DNA from: Trypanosoma brucei
Lineage: Eukaryota
Assembly (NCBI GenBank): GCA_000002445.1
Contig: CM000208.1
Location: 1,536,001 to 1,600,000 of the forward strand
Direction of reading: 5' to 3'
DNA: 64,000 nucleotides
The notes below the pieces were generated by a model that worked only from the letters and a program-made list of their open reading frames with translations, was not told where the DNA came from and searched no databases. A program made the translations under genes and the position numbers. Numbering within the stretch: position 1 is the first letter of the stretch; each line of letters opens with the position of its first letter. Below are positions 40,564 through 51,109 of the stretch, piece by piece.

Positions 40564-42636
40564 TTAGGCAGCGTAAATACCGTTTTTGAATGTCCCATCA
40601 AACACAGTGCCATCGGGATAGCACAGACGGCCTTTCCCGTGCGGCCGGCGATTACACACGTCACCTTCATACATACTTCCATCGATAAATTGGATCTTTC
40701 CCCGCACATCTTTCTGTGTGCCACTACACCACTCACCAACATGTGTCTCGCCGCAAGCATCAGTGAAGCAACCACATCCATGCGGCTTGTCGTTACGCCA
40801 CTCACCGACGTACACCGAGCCGTCTGCGTACCGCAACGTCCCGCTACCACACCGCCCCCCGTTGGACCAGTCACCCTCGTAAACATCACCGTTATTGTAC
40901 CTATAGTGCACAAACCCATCCTGTGACGCTCCCTGATGCCAAAGACACCGCAAAACGGTTCCATCGGGGAAGGAAGCAACTCCCACGCCCTGTCGCTTGC
41001 CATCTAGCCATGTTCCCTCATAAATGTCTTCTGCCGAGCGAGATGTGCCATAGCTCTCTAGTTTTCCTAGAAGAAACAGTCCTTCATACTGGGTGCCAGT
41101 CTCTCCTTCCAATGCTATACCGTGGCCCACCTGGCGATCCCCCTTCCAACTACCTCTGTACATGGACCCGTTGCACCCTTGGTAATAGCCCTCTCCACAG
41201 CGAACGTCATCCTCAAACTCTCCGTGATATGTTCCATCAACTGCACGTTGAACGCCCAAACCACAGCGCACCCCTTTGAACCACTCTCCGGCGTAACTTC
41301 GATTCAGGCCAGTCTCAACAAACTTACCAAAACCGTGCCTCTTGTCGTCTTTCCAACTCCCTTCGTACTTGTCGCCATTGGGGTACGTACAGCAGCCGAT
41401 ACCCTCCCGACAAAGTGACTCATCATTCCAGCCTCCGACGTACACCTCGCCATTGGGAAATGTGAACACACCCCCTTGCCGCTGTCCGTTTTCCCAGTCG
41501 GCTACACAAACGACGCCATTTGCAAAAGTCAACTTCCCCTCACCGGTGCGTTTGTCGTCCTCCCATTTTCCAACGAAAACGTTCCCGGGGGCATCGGTGT
41601 GGGTACCATTTCCATGCCGGCAGCCCTTCGTCCACTCTCCGACGTAAAAGGACCCATCGGGATAGTTAGCTCTGACCTCGGGGCAAAGTTCATCATTCTC
41701 CCATTTTCCGGTCACCGCAACACCACTTGAGTACACAAACAACCCCTCTCCTGAGCGCACATCGTCCTCCCAATGTCCCTGATACCGTGATCCGTCAGGA
41801 TAAAATGCCTTCCCAAGACCATGTTTGTTGTCAAGGTGCCATTCTCCTTCGTAATGAAGGCCATTTGAGGTACAAAAGACGCCAAACCCCTCTCGCATAC
41901 CTTCCTTCCACATTCCCCAGTACGAGCGGTCTGACCACTGGTAAACACCAAGACCCTCCTTCTTCCCATTTACCCACTCCCCTTCGTACACCTCAGCTGT
42001 AAGCAAAGGCAAGGCAATGATGGACCAACTGACCTCACGACGAGACACACCGAGTAGCGACGCCCTCGCCACAGGAGTTGCCTCCTCTCGGCGGTACGAC
42101 CTCGAGTTTTGCTTCCTTAAACTATGTGCACTCCACCTCACTGCGCCCTCTTCAACATTACGGGCGTCTAATCCATATATTACACGACCAAAGCCATGAT
42201 AGTAGAAACCTAACCACGAGCCGCAGTACAAAGATTTGTTGATAAGCGAATACCATTCCGCCTCGTAGCTGTCGCGAAGTGTCAGTTTAAGGCGGATGAA
42301 AGAGTTCCCGTTGTCTTCCACGTAACGCACAGCAAGGTAAAGAGTTCCAAGACTGTAGGAAGGATCCGCTGGGAGAATAGTTAACATTTTGTTCGGATCT
42401 GGTGAAAGGTGCTTCCATACGGCCGTGTGCTTACTTGGATGCGGGTCCGTTGGACTCAGCAGCAGCACGCACCGCGAGGCCGTATTAAATTCCTGAAACT
42501 CAATCAACACTTGCGAGGGTTTTTCAAGCTTGATGCTAAAAAACAACGCCGGATCTGTCACCCCAATACGAACATCACATAACTCCGCGTCTGGTATAAG
42601 AGGGATGGAGATCTTATCCTCCGTTACAGTTAACAT
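40564..42636 (-). CDS. MORN-repeat protein, 690 aa: a non-MORN N-terminal domain of about 200 aa followed by about 16 tandem MORN repeats
   Basis: Repeated 23-residue units of the form 'YEGEWxxGKxHGxGxxxxxDGSxY', e.g. 'YEGEWVNGKKEGLGVYQWSDRSY', 'YEGEWHLDNKHGLGKAFYPDGSRY' and 'YVGEWTKGCRHGNGTHTDAPGNVF'. True ATG at 42636. The repeat DNA also creates spurious long ORFs in other frames (e.g. 40386..41003 minus, 40471..40926 plus). Confidence 0.85.
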   Translation of the reverse strand: MLTVTEDKISIPLIPDAELCDVRIGVTDPALFFSIKLEKPSQVLIEFQEFNTASRCVLLLSPTDPHPSKHTAVWKHLSPDPNKMLTILPADPSYSLGTLYLAVRYVEDNGNSFIRLKLTLRDSYEAEWYSLINKSLYCGSWLGFYYHGFGRVIYGLDARNVEEGAVRWSAHSLRKQNSRSYRREEATPVARASLLGVSRREVSWSIIALPLLTAEVYEGEWVNGKKEGLGVYQWSDRSYWGMWKEGMREGFGVFCTSNGLHYEGEWHLDNKHGLGKAFYPDGSRYQGHWEDDVRSGEGLFVYSSGVAVTGKWENDELCPEVRANYPDGSFYVGEWTKGCRHGNGTHTDAPGNVFVGKWEDDKRTGEGKLTFANGVVCVADWENGQRQGGVFTFPNGEVYVGGWNDESLCREGIGCCTYPNGDKYEGSWKDDKRHGFGKFVETGLNRSYAGEWFKGVRCGLGVQRAVDGTYHGEFEDDVRCGEGYYQGCNGSMYRGSWKGDRQVGHGIALEGETGTQYEGLFLLGKLESYGTSRSAEDIYEGTWLDGKRQGVGVASFPDGTVLRCLWHQGASQDGFVHYRYNNGDVYEGDWSNGGRCGSGTLRYADGSVYVGEWRNDKPHGCGCFTDACGETHVGEWCSGTQKDVRGKIQFIDGSMYEGDVCNRRPHGKGRLCYPDGTVFDGTFKNGIYAA

Positions 42637-43140
42637 TTGACACTTCTTCTCGGCACCGGCGACGGATATCTAAATATTTCGTGCTAAGCGTCAGAAAAAA
42701 GAAGGAGCAAAACAACAGAGGTTTGGGAGTTGATAAAACAAAAAAATGTAGGTAAGTAGTAAATAAAAACAAAAAAAGAGCGTTTTATCCTTATCACATC
42801 CACCGCACGCAGCTCCTCAGTTTGGTATTTATTTGCCTTTACCCCCGGCATGTAGGGATATCACCGCTCGCCACAACCGAGTATTCATGACAGAGACTCA
42901 ACAACATATTGACAATGATAGCAGTGACAATACCGGTGACGAACGGCAGAACAAAAATTTTTGTTGTATTTAAATAAGTGTTGTTATCAGCACACGCCTA
43001 TTGTTATTGCTACGATTATTATTATCACTATTTTAGCCATAAGAGTCAACAACACGTCATTCATCCCCGCCACTCCTTTCCACCCCCTATAGCGAAACGT
43101 TTTCATGGGGTTAAAAAAGGAAGCCTGGCGGTAGTGTACA

Positions 43141-43167
43141 ATATACATATATATATATATATATATT
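43141..43167. repeat. (AT)n microsatellite
   Basis: 'atatacatatatatatatatatatatattttg' seen directly. Confidence 0.85.
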
Positions 43168-44216
43168 TTGTGGTGGGAGAAAGCTACATGCATAAACCGC
43201 ACGTGGAACGATGATACACCCAACAAACAAACAATTATAACAACAAGGAATAGCATTTCACGCACAAATATAGATGTCCACATAGAATAAACTTTTTAAA
43301 AAAATACTTAAAAAAACTAATTGTATGAATAACACATGAATTCCCTTTCCCCACCCTGCTCCAATGGATACCCTCGCACTATCCCCGGTACAAAAGAAAA
43401 AGATAAAACGAAAACCAAAAAACAACAACAACAATAGCAATAAGGAAAAGAACAAATCACTCCCCACCCCCCTCAATCACCCTATTTCCCCTTCCCCAAA
43501 ATGACCCCAAATACACGGCATTCGGTTCCCTACCAAAAGACCAACGAGAACCCTCAACATTCACACGACGCAAACGCAAACACAAACCCATATAAATAAA
43601 GAAAAGCATACGGATAATGAAAGGCATTTATAGTAATAATAATAATAAACTATTGCCACGGACGCAAGCAGCCCCACTACAACAGGGAGCAGAGTCGTCT
43701 TCCAACACCCAACCACTCCTGAAAGAAAGAAAAAGAGAAGTCGCCCTCACATAAAACAATAATAAGTGGTCGGATGAAAATAAGAAGGGAAAAAAAAGAA
43801 GACGTGGAAAGAATAGTGGGTAAAACGAGACATTTAAACGCGATAACCAGACGGAAAGAAAGGAAGAGATATATAAGAAACGTAGCGCAAACTAAGGGCT
43901 GGAAAAAGAAGAAATGTCAATACTCGCACATTACTTCTGTCCCGGCACCCACACTTACAACCGATACGTCGAAACGCACCACAATAGACATAAACATTTA
44001 AAAAAGACATAAAATCAAAACAAACTGGCCCTTCACCGGTACAACACGTGCTTGCAACCTGTACAAAAAAAAATATGTATTAATGTACAGTCACACACAC
44101 GCAAAACAAAAGAACCAATGCACAACCAGAGGTCGAGAACCCACAAAATGATCTCAAACAGCACAAACCAATTCACTGCATGACATCGAATTGACAACTT
44201 GACAACGATAAACTTT

Positions 44217-45428
44217 CTACATGATTACACACGAACCTGTGCATCCCACCTCCCGGCGACGACCAGACAGCTCCCGCTTCTTCTGACGTTCCAACCCACA
44301 CGCGTGCACCTCTCCATCATGTGAAAGGCTACGAAGAAGCGTAGACTGTGTTTCCGTCTGATTTGGGGGACCTTCAGATACACAGTATCCATTTTCATGC
44401 AAAGCTGAAAAAGGTTCTGGCTCGGTCCCTCCAACCAATACAACATCCGAGCACCAGGGAGCACTCCCGTCTTCGCACTCTGTTGGTCCCCGCACGGCAT
44501 CAACGGTATTTCTTCGGGCGGCGGAATTACGTCTTGATGCAACAGCGACACCCACCAAACTGGGAGTTCGCTTTACAACCACAGCACTCGGTGATGTGGT
44601 GCCTCCAACGGCAATATTAGATCGCTCCCCCAATGCTCTTATGGGAGAGCGCATACGGAAGAATGCACTGCCAGGTCGTTCGTCAAACGATGTAAAACAC
44701 GGCGTCAAGGAAGGGGGTGTAGCAAACTCTATCGAGGAGGTCAAGGTTACCGGCGCGGGAAGTCTTCTCTTTGAGAAGTTACTTATCATTAGAATCATGA
44801 TACGCAACGCATGCAATACCTCATTTGTGCGTAACGCGGAAACTTCCACAACAGGAAGTGTAGAAGAAATCGCGTCACGCACCAGTTTGGCAAATCCCTC
44901 AGCCTCCACAACCTTTTTCCTGTTCATGTGCTGCATCTTCAGCGAAAGTGCCGAGAGACATGACCTTGCAACGGCTTCCGCCTCTGGCATAGTGACCACA
45001 CGACTACGACGGTCGTCCCGCTTCGTTCCCACCAGCAGAATGGGCATCGCAGCCTTAACCCCAATATTGTGACGCGCTTCCCTCAACTCTTTTACCCACC
45101 CAACTACAGATGCTAGGGACTCCTTGTCCGTCGTTGAGTAGAAAAGCAGAACACCGTCCGCGCGCGCGAGATAGAGCAACCGGTGGCGCACAAACGCCTC
45201 ACTTCCAGAGGAGTCGCATAGATGCAAAACATAATTCCTGCCGTCCACTGTCGTTCTGTGTATAAACGTCTCCAGGGTCGTCGGCACGTAATCGCTACGG
45301 AATGTCCCTTTCATCACCTGGTCAATGAAGGTGCTCTTACCAACACGTTCACATCCAAGAACGACTACATTATATAACGTCGGAACAGAGGCGTATTTTT
45401 GCGCACTCCCATCACCACGTAGGTTCAT
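44217..45428 (-). CDS. Atypical Ras/Rab-like small GTPase with a 170-aa Ser/Arg-rich C-terminal extension ending in a CaaX prenylation box (CVIM), 403 aa
   Basis: G1 P-loop 'LGCERVGKST'; switch-I Thr in 'YVPTTLETF'; G3 'LHLCDSSGSEAF' (DxxG, but with Ser at the Ras Gln61 position); G4 'LLVGTKRD' ([N/T]KxD); G5 'VVEVSAL'. The C-terminus is '...GCTGSCVIM' followed by the stop. True ATG at 45428. Confidence 0.75.
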   Translation of the reverse strand: MNLRGDGSAQKYASVPTLYNVVVLGCERVGKSTFIDQVMKGTFRSDYVPTTLETFIHRTTVDGRNYVLHLCDSSGSEAFVRHRLLYLARADGVLLFYSTTDKESLASVVGWVKELREARHNIGVKAAMPILLVGTKRDDRRSRVVTMPEAEAVARSCLSALSLKMQHMNRKKVVEAEGFAKLVRDAISSTLPVVEVSALRTNEVLHALRIMILMISNFSKRRLPAPVTLTSSIEFATPPSLTPCFTSFDERPGSAFFRMRSPIRALGERSNIAVGGTTSPSAVVVKRTPSLVGVAVASRRNSAARRNTVDAVRGPTECEDGSAPWCSDVVLVGGTEPEPFSALHENGYCVSEGPPNQTETQSTLLRSLSHDGEVHACGLERQKKRELSGRRREVGCTGSCVIM

Positions 45429-45838
45429 CCTAGAGGCTTCAAAAGAGCACAGTGTAACAAGTTCGAGTTAAACGAGGGGGCGGGTTATGACCAACGCCAT
45501 GAGCAGATGGAAAGGGGGTTCGTGCAGACTGAGTAAAATGGAAGAAAGAGGCATTAGACATATAAAGGATAATCCCACGTCAATGACAGAATATCAGGGT
45601 GTGAGGTGGTGATGCCTGAGTGATTCAACACCCCCGCAGGGAAGAGAAATTACGGAATAACACATGTAAAGGCATGCGGACAACAAATCCACCACCATGT
45701 GGCACGCCAACAGTCACATCACAACCTGAGAGTGCATATAAACGAGCAAGCAACACCTCAGTGGATACACACTGTCTTGCAGCGGTTTCGTCGCACGAGC
45801 ACTTATGCCCCAGAGTATACATACGCGGCAAGATATTC

Positions 45839-47584
45839 TCAGAAGAACACACTCCCCATACCCCCCTCAAAATACAGGTGGTTATACTCTCGGTTGTTGT
45901 GACGGAAATTCTTCGCCACGAATGCAAAAAGAGCTTTAGAGGAAACTTCCCCCTGGACCCCATTCCCTTCAGAAGGATACCCGCTCGCAACTGGTAGCAC
46001 AGGGCCTCCTGGCCCTGTGCTACCACGCACCTCCCCTTTGAGGAAATTCAGTGTTGGACACGGCATGTTCTCATCCTGGCGCAAGCAAGCAGCAACGTCC
46101 ACAATGCGTACCCACAACGAATACAAAAGTATCTCCTGGCAATCCTCCCGAGTCACTTGAGCGCCATGTCGCACGACGCCGTATTTCCACACATCATGCA
46201 AAGGATACAGCACATTACGGTAGAACCAGCTTCGATGGCGACTGCGCGCATACAGCGCTACGCGGTACCTCACTGCCTGGTACGCGCGAGTCATTCTGCT
46301 GTAGTACTGCTCGTGCACCTTGGGTCCCTCACTGGGCTTCGGTCTTGCATTCAATGTGGCTTGGTCGAGTCGCTCGAGCGACTCGCTAACCATTCGGAGA
46401 TATAATTGTTTTGCCTCCGACGACGTTAGGGAGGAGGACGGTGCACCGTAAATCAGTTGAAGTTCCGCAACTGACTCCACATATTGCCGCACAAACAATC
46501 CATCGCTTCCGCTTCGCTGGACCACCAATGGGGCTGCAAGAAACAAGGCGAACGAAGCAGCACTACACGTTACTATGAACATGATAACAATGCGGATGCA
46601 ATATGCGAGAAAGAGTCGAAATTCCCTGCGCATCTCAGAGTCTATTCTCCCTACTTCAGTGACGGATACAGTAGAAGAGCTACAATTTGCCACGGCCACC
46701 GGTACGTCAACGGGTGGCCAGCTTGGTGGTGGCTGGTGCCTAGAGCGGAGGTAGCCATTGCGACGTCTGCCATGCGGGTTGCTATTTTCCTTCGGTATGG
46801 GCGAGAGTTCGAGGGGCCCCAGCGTGGACCTCGAGAACGAATTGGATGACGGCGTTGCCTGGCTTGAACGCCCGCTCGTTTTGGGGGAGCCCACCCCCGC
46901 TGCGGGTGCAGTGCTCTTAAGGTACGCAATGGCACTGCGTGTGCTCAGAAAACTAAGATCACTGCGGCTTCCCCCGTGCTTGGGGCGCCTTCCGTCAGAT
47001 GATTGCCGCGTGTGGAAGTGAGACTGCTTACTAGATGTATGTGATGAAAGAGCGCTACTACGTGAAGTCGAATGGGGAACCAGAGTGGTTCCCACTTCCA
47101 ATACCCCGCAAGAACTTCGCACGTCCGGCACACTCCCACGAGTTTGAGGTAGTCCAAAAGAGATGGACTCACGAAGGTGAGAAAACCCATGAACCTCCAA
47201 TTGCTCACTGCAGAGTGACGGCGAGTAATCAATAATGCCCTCTACAGACCGAGCACTTGCAGCTTTGGCTACCTGTGGTGAAACCACCGGCCGCTCCCCG
47301 GCGTCACTCATCGCTAGTGCCCCCTCGGGGTGCTGAACCCCACTACTGGTAGATCCATGATTTGTACCACCACTGCCCAAGCCATCGCCTAATGATGCGC
47401 TCACCGATTGTCTAGAGGTTTTCGGTGTCCGCTCAAAATGAGGCTCCCTCTGTCCTTCTCCATCCTCCTCTTCAAATGCTTCATCTACTGCAGCATTGTG
47501 CAGCTCCAGTCGCCGCCGTGTCGGAGTTCTTAGAGGGGTGCTAGTACCGCTCCTCGACGTTCGTTTGGCCCCACTGTGAGCCAT
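45839..47584 (-). CDS. Hypothetical protein, 581 aa: Ser/Thr/Arg/Pro-rich disordered N-terminal half, one predicted transmembrane helix, conserved-looking C-terminal region
   Basis: True ATG at 47584 ('cat' at 47582-47584). Hydrophobic segment 'IVIMFIVTCSAASFALFLAAPLVV'. No family motif recognised. Confidence 0.55.
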   Translation of the reverse strand: MAHSGAKRTSRSGTSTPLRTPTRRRLELHNAAVDEAFEEEDGEGQREPHFERTPKTSRQSVSASLGDGLGSGGTNHGSTSSGVQHPEGALAMSDAGERPVVSPQVAKAASARSVEGIIDYSPSLCSEQLEVHGFSHLRESISFGLPQTRGSVPDVRSSCGVLEVGTTLVPHSTSRSSALSSHTSSKQSHFHTRQSSDGRRPKHGGSRSDLSFLSTRSAIAYLKSTAPAAGVGSPKTSGRSSQATPSSNSFSRSTLGPLELSPIPKENSNPHGRRRNGYLRSRHQPPPSWPPVDVPVAVANCSSSTVSVTEVGRIDSEMRREFRLFLAYCIRIVIMFIVTCSAASFALFLAAPLVVQRSGSDGLFVRQYVESVAELQLIYGAPSSSLTSSEAKQLYLRMVSESLERLDQATLNARPKPSEGPKVHEQYYSRMTRAYQAVRYRVALYARSRHRSWFYRNVLYPLHDVWKYGVVRHGAQVTREDCQEILLYSLWVRIVDVAACLRQDENMPCPTLNFLKGEVRGSTGPGGPVLPVASGYPSEGNGVQGEVSSKALFAFVAKNFRHNNREYNHLYFEGGMGSVFF

Positions 47585-47960
47585 GGCGCAGAAGAGGTGA
47601 AAGAAGTATTTCTAATATGTCCTTAGACCGCAGACCGGCGGCCTTTCAAACGAATTTAGTGTACACGTGACCGAGGATCGGTCCGGCGTCAGATATTCCA
47701 GGCGTTCAACGAAGCTTCCGTTCCGAGTTCCCCGGTAATCCGCTGCTCACTAGCCCTTCTCCTACCTCCGAAACACCTCCTCTGTTCTAGCAAAGAGGAG
47801 CCGTTTCTCCCACCGACCGAACCCTCCTGTTCTTTTGGGTCGATGCCACTACTAAGCAACTGAGTGCCCGGGCAACGCCTCAGCGTAAGATGATGAGGTG
47901 ACGGCACGCACAAGATCCGGTACGTCTAATCGCCGGCTTGTGACAACGCCTTAATTGAAC

Positions 47961-48018
47961 GGAAAAAAAAAGGGAGGAGAAGTACGTAAGAAAAGAAAGG
48001 GGAAGTGACGTGAAAAGA
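47961..48018 (-). promoter_or_regulatory. Long polypyrimidine tract (minus strand); putative trans-splicing and polyadenylation coupling signal upstream of the 45839..47584 gene
   Basis: Plus-strand purine run 'ggaaaaaaaaagggaggagaagtacgtaagaaaagaaaggggaag', with AG dinucleotides just downstream on the minus strand. Confidence 0.35.
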
Positions 48019-48548
48019 CTATCAATTAGCAAGCGTCAATGGAAGGCATGTATTCGGGGCCAGGTGTGCAGCACACGTGACCAAACGTAGGATGACCGCG
48101 AAACATGTGCCTATTGTGTAGGTAGCGTGCCACGTTTTTGTCCACCTAACAACGAAATCAAAATCACTCACGTTAGCTGATATGGTGCGTAGAAAAACGA
48201 AACTGTGCAACCTCAGGATCAAAAACATAGGCACAACCCAACCTAGAGCCAAGCACATACGCACGTCACACTAGAAAATTACCCTTGGCGTCAGCATGAT
48301 CACCGCTGCTTACGCCCCTGTCAACAGCCTCGGTGCAAGCACCCAGATACTCAACGTGCATGGCACGAAACGGCTTCTGATTATTTATTATTCTACCGTG
48401 GAAGTTTTGCTGTTCTTAATTCCTCCGCTGGTTATCCGTTAAAAAAATTAGCGCCCTCAGCAGGTAAACCACGTCCGTTGTTTGCGTGCACAGGGGACTG
48501 CTGAGAGAGGTGTGAGCGCTTACAACAAGTTAACCCTTCGGGAGAGCC

Positions 48549-50363
48549 CTACCACTCACCACTGATGTTCTCCCGGCGCTTCTTCAGCGTAGTTTCGTTC
48601 AGCCTCCGCCTTTGACTATCCTTGGATTCCATCATCCGGCGGAATTCATGCCGCGACTTCTTACTCATGTGCGCAGCGGACTGCGATAGATCCAACTTCA
48701 GCGGTGGTGGCTCACTTAGGGCGAAGCCTTTGGCGACTGCGGCGAGGTCGAGGTTGTGAATGTCAAAAACGTTTTTTAACTGAGAGCTGCTGTAGCTGAG
48801 CAAATAGCCCTCATACGCGAGGCGTGCGGAGCTGCGCAGGTAGTAGTTGGCACTCACAAGCTGCTCCAGCTGCTCAGCTACATTTCCCTTCACCTTATTA
48901 AGATCAAATGTGTACTCACTCACTGACACATGGGCGTCGTCGTGCAGATACTTGAGAAACAGTTTCTCCTGGGGAAGAAGAAACATAAGAGCATTCCCTG
49001 TGCGACCAGCACGGGCGGTACGGCCAACGCGATGGACGTACTTGACGGGGTCGTCAGGTGGGTCAAATTGAACGATCCAATCAACCTGCGGAATGTCGAG
49101 ACCACGGGCAGCTACATCTGTGGTAAAGAGCACGCCGCTAGGGGCGTTACAAAACTGCATGTACGTGGCCGAGCGCTGGTGTTGTTTTTGTTTTCCGTGA
49201 AAGGCAACGCAAGGAACATCGATGTAGTTAAACAACTCGCAGTGAAAACTAACAGCATTGCGACTGCTGAAGAAAACGATTACTTTCTTCTTCAGATTCC
49301 GCCTGACAAAGTGATACAGTACAAGCAACCGCTGCTGTGAAGGACAAATAACATAACCCTGTTCCAACGTGTCAACGGTTGCCTTGTCCTCCTTACGCTT
49401 CATTGAAATGAACAGGGGTGGTCGGTAGAACGACACGCGAGCCAACTGTTCGACCCTAGTTGTTTGAGTCGCAGAAAACAAGAACGTTTGTCGCTGCCTG
49501 GGCAGTAAAGAAACAATTTCTCGCATATCATCTTCAAATCCGTTGTCAAGCACACGATCCGCCTCATCGACGGCCAAAACGAGTAAATTCTTTGTTAACC
49601 AATCCGTTGTAAGCTTAAGATGATCCAAGAGACGCCCAGGGGTGGCCATCACAACCATCATGCCACTCACAAGTTTAAACGCCTCTTGCTTCCGACTTAT
49701 TCCGCCTATGCAACAGAGGAACGTTACCGATCCGTTAAAGTGTTTGAGCAGCTTCAGCAGCACTCCTTCAATCTGGAGACACAGCTCACGCGTTGGCCCA
49801 ATGATGATTGCAGCCGTTCCGCTTCGCTGACGAAAACCCACGCGCGTGATGATCTCCACTATTGGGATAAGAAAAGCTAAAGTTTTACCAGAGCCTGTCT
49901 TTGCCTCTGCAAGGAGATCTCGACCGGCAAGGGCAGCAGGAATGCATCGTCCCTGAATGCCTGTCAGCTCCTGGAACTTGAAGTCATTCTCCAATGCAGT
50001 TACTATGTGAGGATTTAACTTCAGCGACCTGTAGTCGGAAACAGGGGGATACTTCTCTCGGTCCCTTGAAACTTTAATTGGCGGACCGTTGGTTTCAGGT
50101 TGCTCTAACTTCCCCGGTTCCTCTTCTCGTTGCCTTTTACGACGTCCAGACGTTTCCCCCTCAACATCGGGCATGGATGCCGCCTTTTCTTCATCCACTG
50201 GGTACTCCTGCTGTTCTTCCCCACCTTCTTCACCAACAAAGGTAAGGGTTTCGTCGTCCGCCTCAGTTGCTTGACTTATCCTACGTTTCGGGCGATGGCG
50301 TCGCATGCGCCTCCGTTTCTTCTCCGGTATCTCCTCCGCAGAGCCTACGTCATCCACACCCAT
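48549..50363 (-). CDS. DEAD-box ATP-dependent RNA helicase, HAS1/DDX18-like ribosome-biogenesis helicase, about 604 aa with a basic and acidic N-terminal extension
   Basis: Q motif 'FQELTGIQ', motif I 'AKTGSGKT', motif II 'VDEAD', motif III 'SAT', motif VI 'HRVGRTARAG'. The block 'GFEDDMREIVSLLPRQRQTFLFSATQTTRVEQLARVSF' matches Has1 '[38 protein letters not shown]' closely (recalled from memory). The track start at 50420 is TTG; the first ATG is at 50363 ('cat' at 50361-50363, MGVDDVG...). Confidence 0.85.
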   Translation of the reverse strand: MGVDDVGSAEEIPEKKRRRMRRHRPKRRISQATEADDETLTFVGEEGGEEQQEYPVDEEKAASMPDVEGETSGRRKRQREEEPGKLEQPETNGPPIKVSRDREKYPPVSDYRSLKLNPHIVTALENDFKFQELTGIQGRCIPAALAGRDLLAEAKTGSGKTLAFLIPIVEIITRVGFRQRSGTAAIIIGPTRELCLQIEGVLLKLLKHFNGSVTFLCCIGGISRKQEAFKLVSGMMVVMATPGRLLDHLKLTTDWLTKNLLVLAVDEADRVLDNGFEDDMREIVSLLPRQRQTFLFSATQTTRVEQLARVSFYRPPLFISMKRKEDKATVDTLEQGYVICPSQQRLLVLYHFVRRNLKKKVIVFFSSRNAVSFHCELFNYIDVPCVAFHGKQKQHQRSATYMQFCNAPSGVLFTTDVAARGLDIPQVDWIVQFDPPDDPVKYVHRVGRTARAGRTGNALMFLLPQEKLFLKYLHDDAHVSVSEYTFDLNKVKGNVAEQLEQLVSANYYLRSSARLAYEGYLLSYSSSQLKNVFDIHNLDLAAVAKGFALSEPPPLKLDLSQSAAHMSKKSRHEFRRMMESKDSQRRRLNETTLKKRRENISGEW

Positions 50364-51109
50364 AGTGCAACTCTGCTGCCAACTTCCTGCCGTTACAAAC
50401 TTTACACAGAACCCCCGCAAAAGTTCACCTTTTATTTAACTTTGCGTCTCCATCGGTAAGCGCGCAAGGCGGGGCACAAGGATACGCGTAGCAAGTAGAA
50501 AAACAAAAATGGATAAAATAGAGTAGTTAAACGGCGCGTAAAGCTGTAAAACAAAAGCGCAAGCACACATAACAGTAGAAACGATAAGCCTTTTTAACAC
50601 AAGCACTCACCATAATCACCGTGTGGTAAATGTCCGAAGATATAACGCCAGAAGGCAGGGAAAGCAGAGAACGCAGTGCCCCGCTACTTGGATTCATCCG
50701 CTCGACTAGTAAAGGAAGAGGGCCACAACACCACAACACGCCCTCAATAACGTAATGACGCGGAACCTCCAGGTAGCCAAGCGGTATGGCACTCCCGAGT
50801 TCGTTTGACCACCCGATTCCGGGCAATAATGCGCCACCACCACGCGTACACAGCAAGGGGGACAATTGCTGATGCAAGAAACGAAGATAATATAACATAA
50901 TATAATATATATATCGAGCCATAAACTACATTAACCACCATACGTGATGGCATTACCCGCGACAACAGTGGCGCGAGCCATGAGTCAGCCGCATGGTAAA
51001 TGCGGGAGGGTGGTGGGCACTGGAAGAACATTAACCTCTGTCCCCACCCCTTTTTCCGAAACCAGCACGCAGCTTTTAAAAAATATACAAACAAGCTCCG
51101 GCGTAACAA

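Noticed and set aside
40386-41003. 205-aa minus-strand ORF overlapping the 3' end of the MORN gene in another frame
   Set aside because: It is an alternative-frame artefact of the MORN repeat DNA (Gly/Thr/Val-rich nonsense). The in-frame MORN reading is strongly supported by 16 canonical repeats.
47889-47895. C-box-like 'ATGATGA' within a GC-rich, non-repetitive stretch (47600-47940), considered as a possible C/D snoRNA or other ncRNA
   Set aside because: No properly spaced D box (CUGA) or terminal stem could be found on either strand. The stretch lies between the polypyrimidine tract (47961-48018) and the ATG at 47584, which is where the 5'UTR of the downstream gene is expected.
50744-51109. 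A 121-codon ORF that begins immediately after the NTAQ1 stop codon in the same frame (possible stop-codon readthrough extension), and the overlapping 50527..50922 ORF
   Set aside because: The 'start' is TTG, not ATG. The region is the NTAQ1 3'UTR / intergenic spacer before the HAS1-like helicase gene. The encoded sequence is low-complexity and hydrophobic with no motif. Readthrough extensions have no support here.
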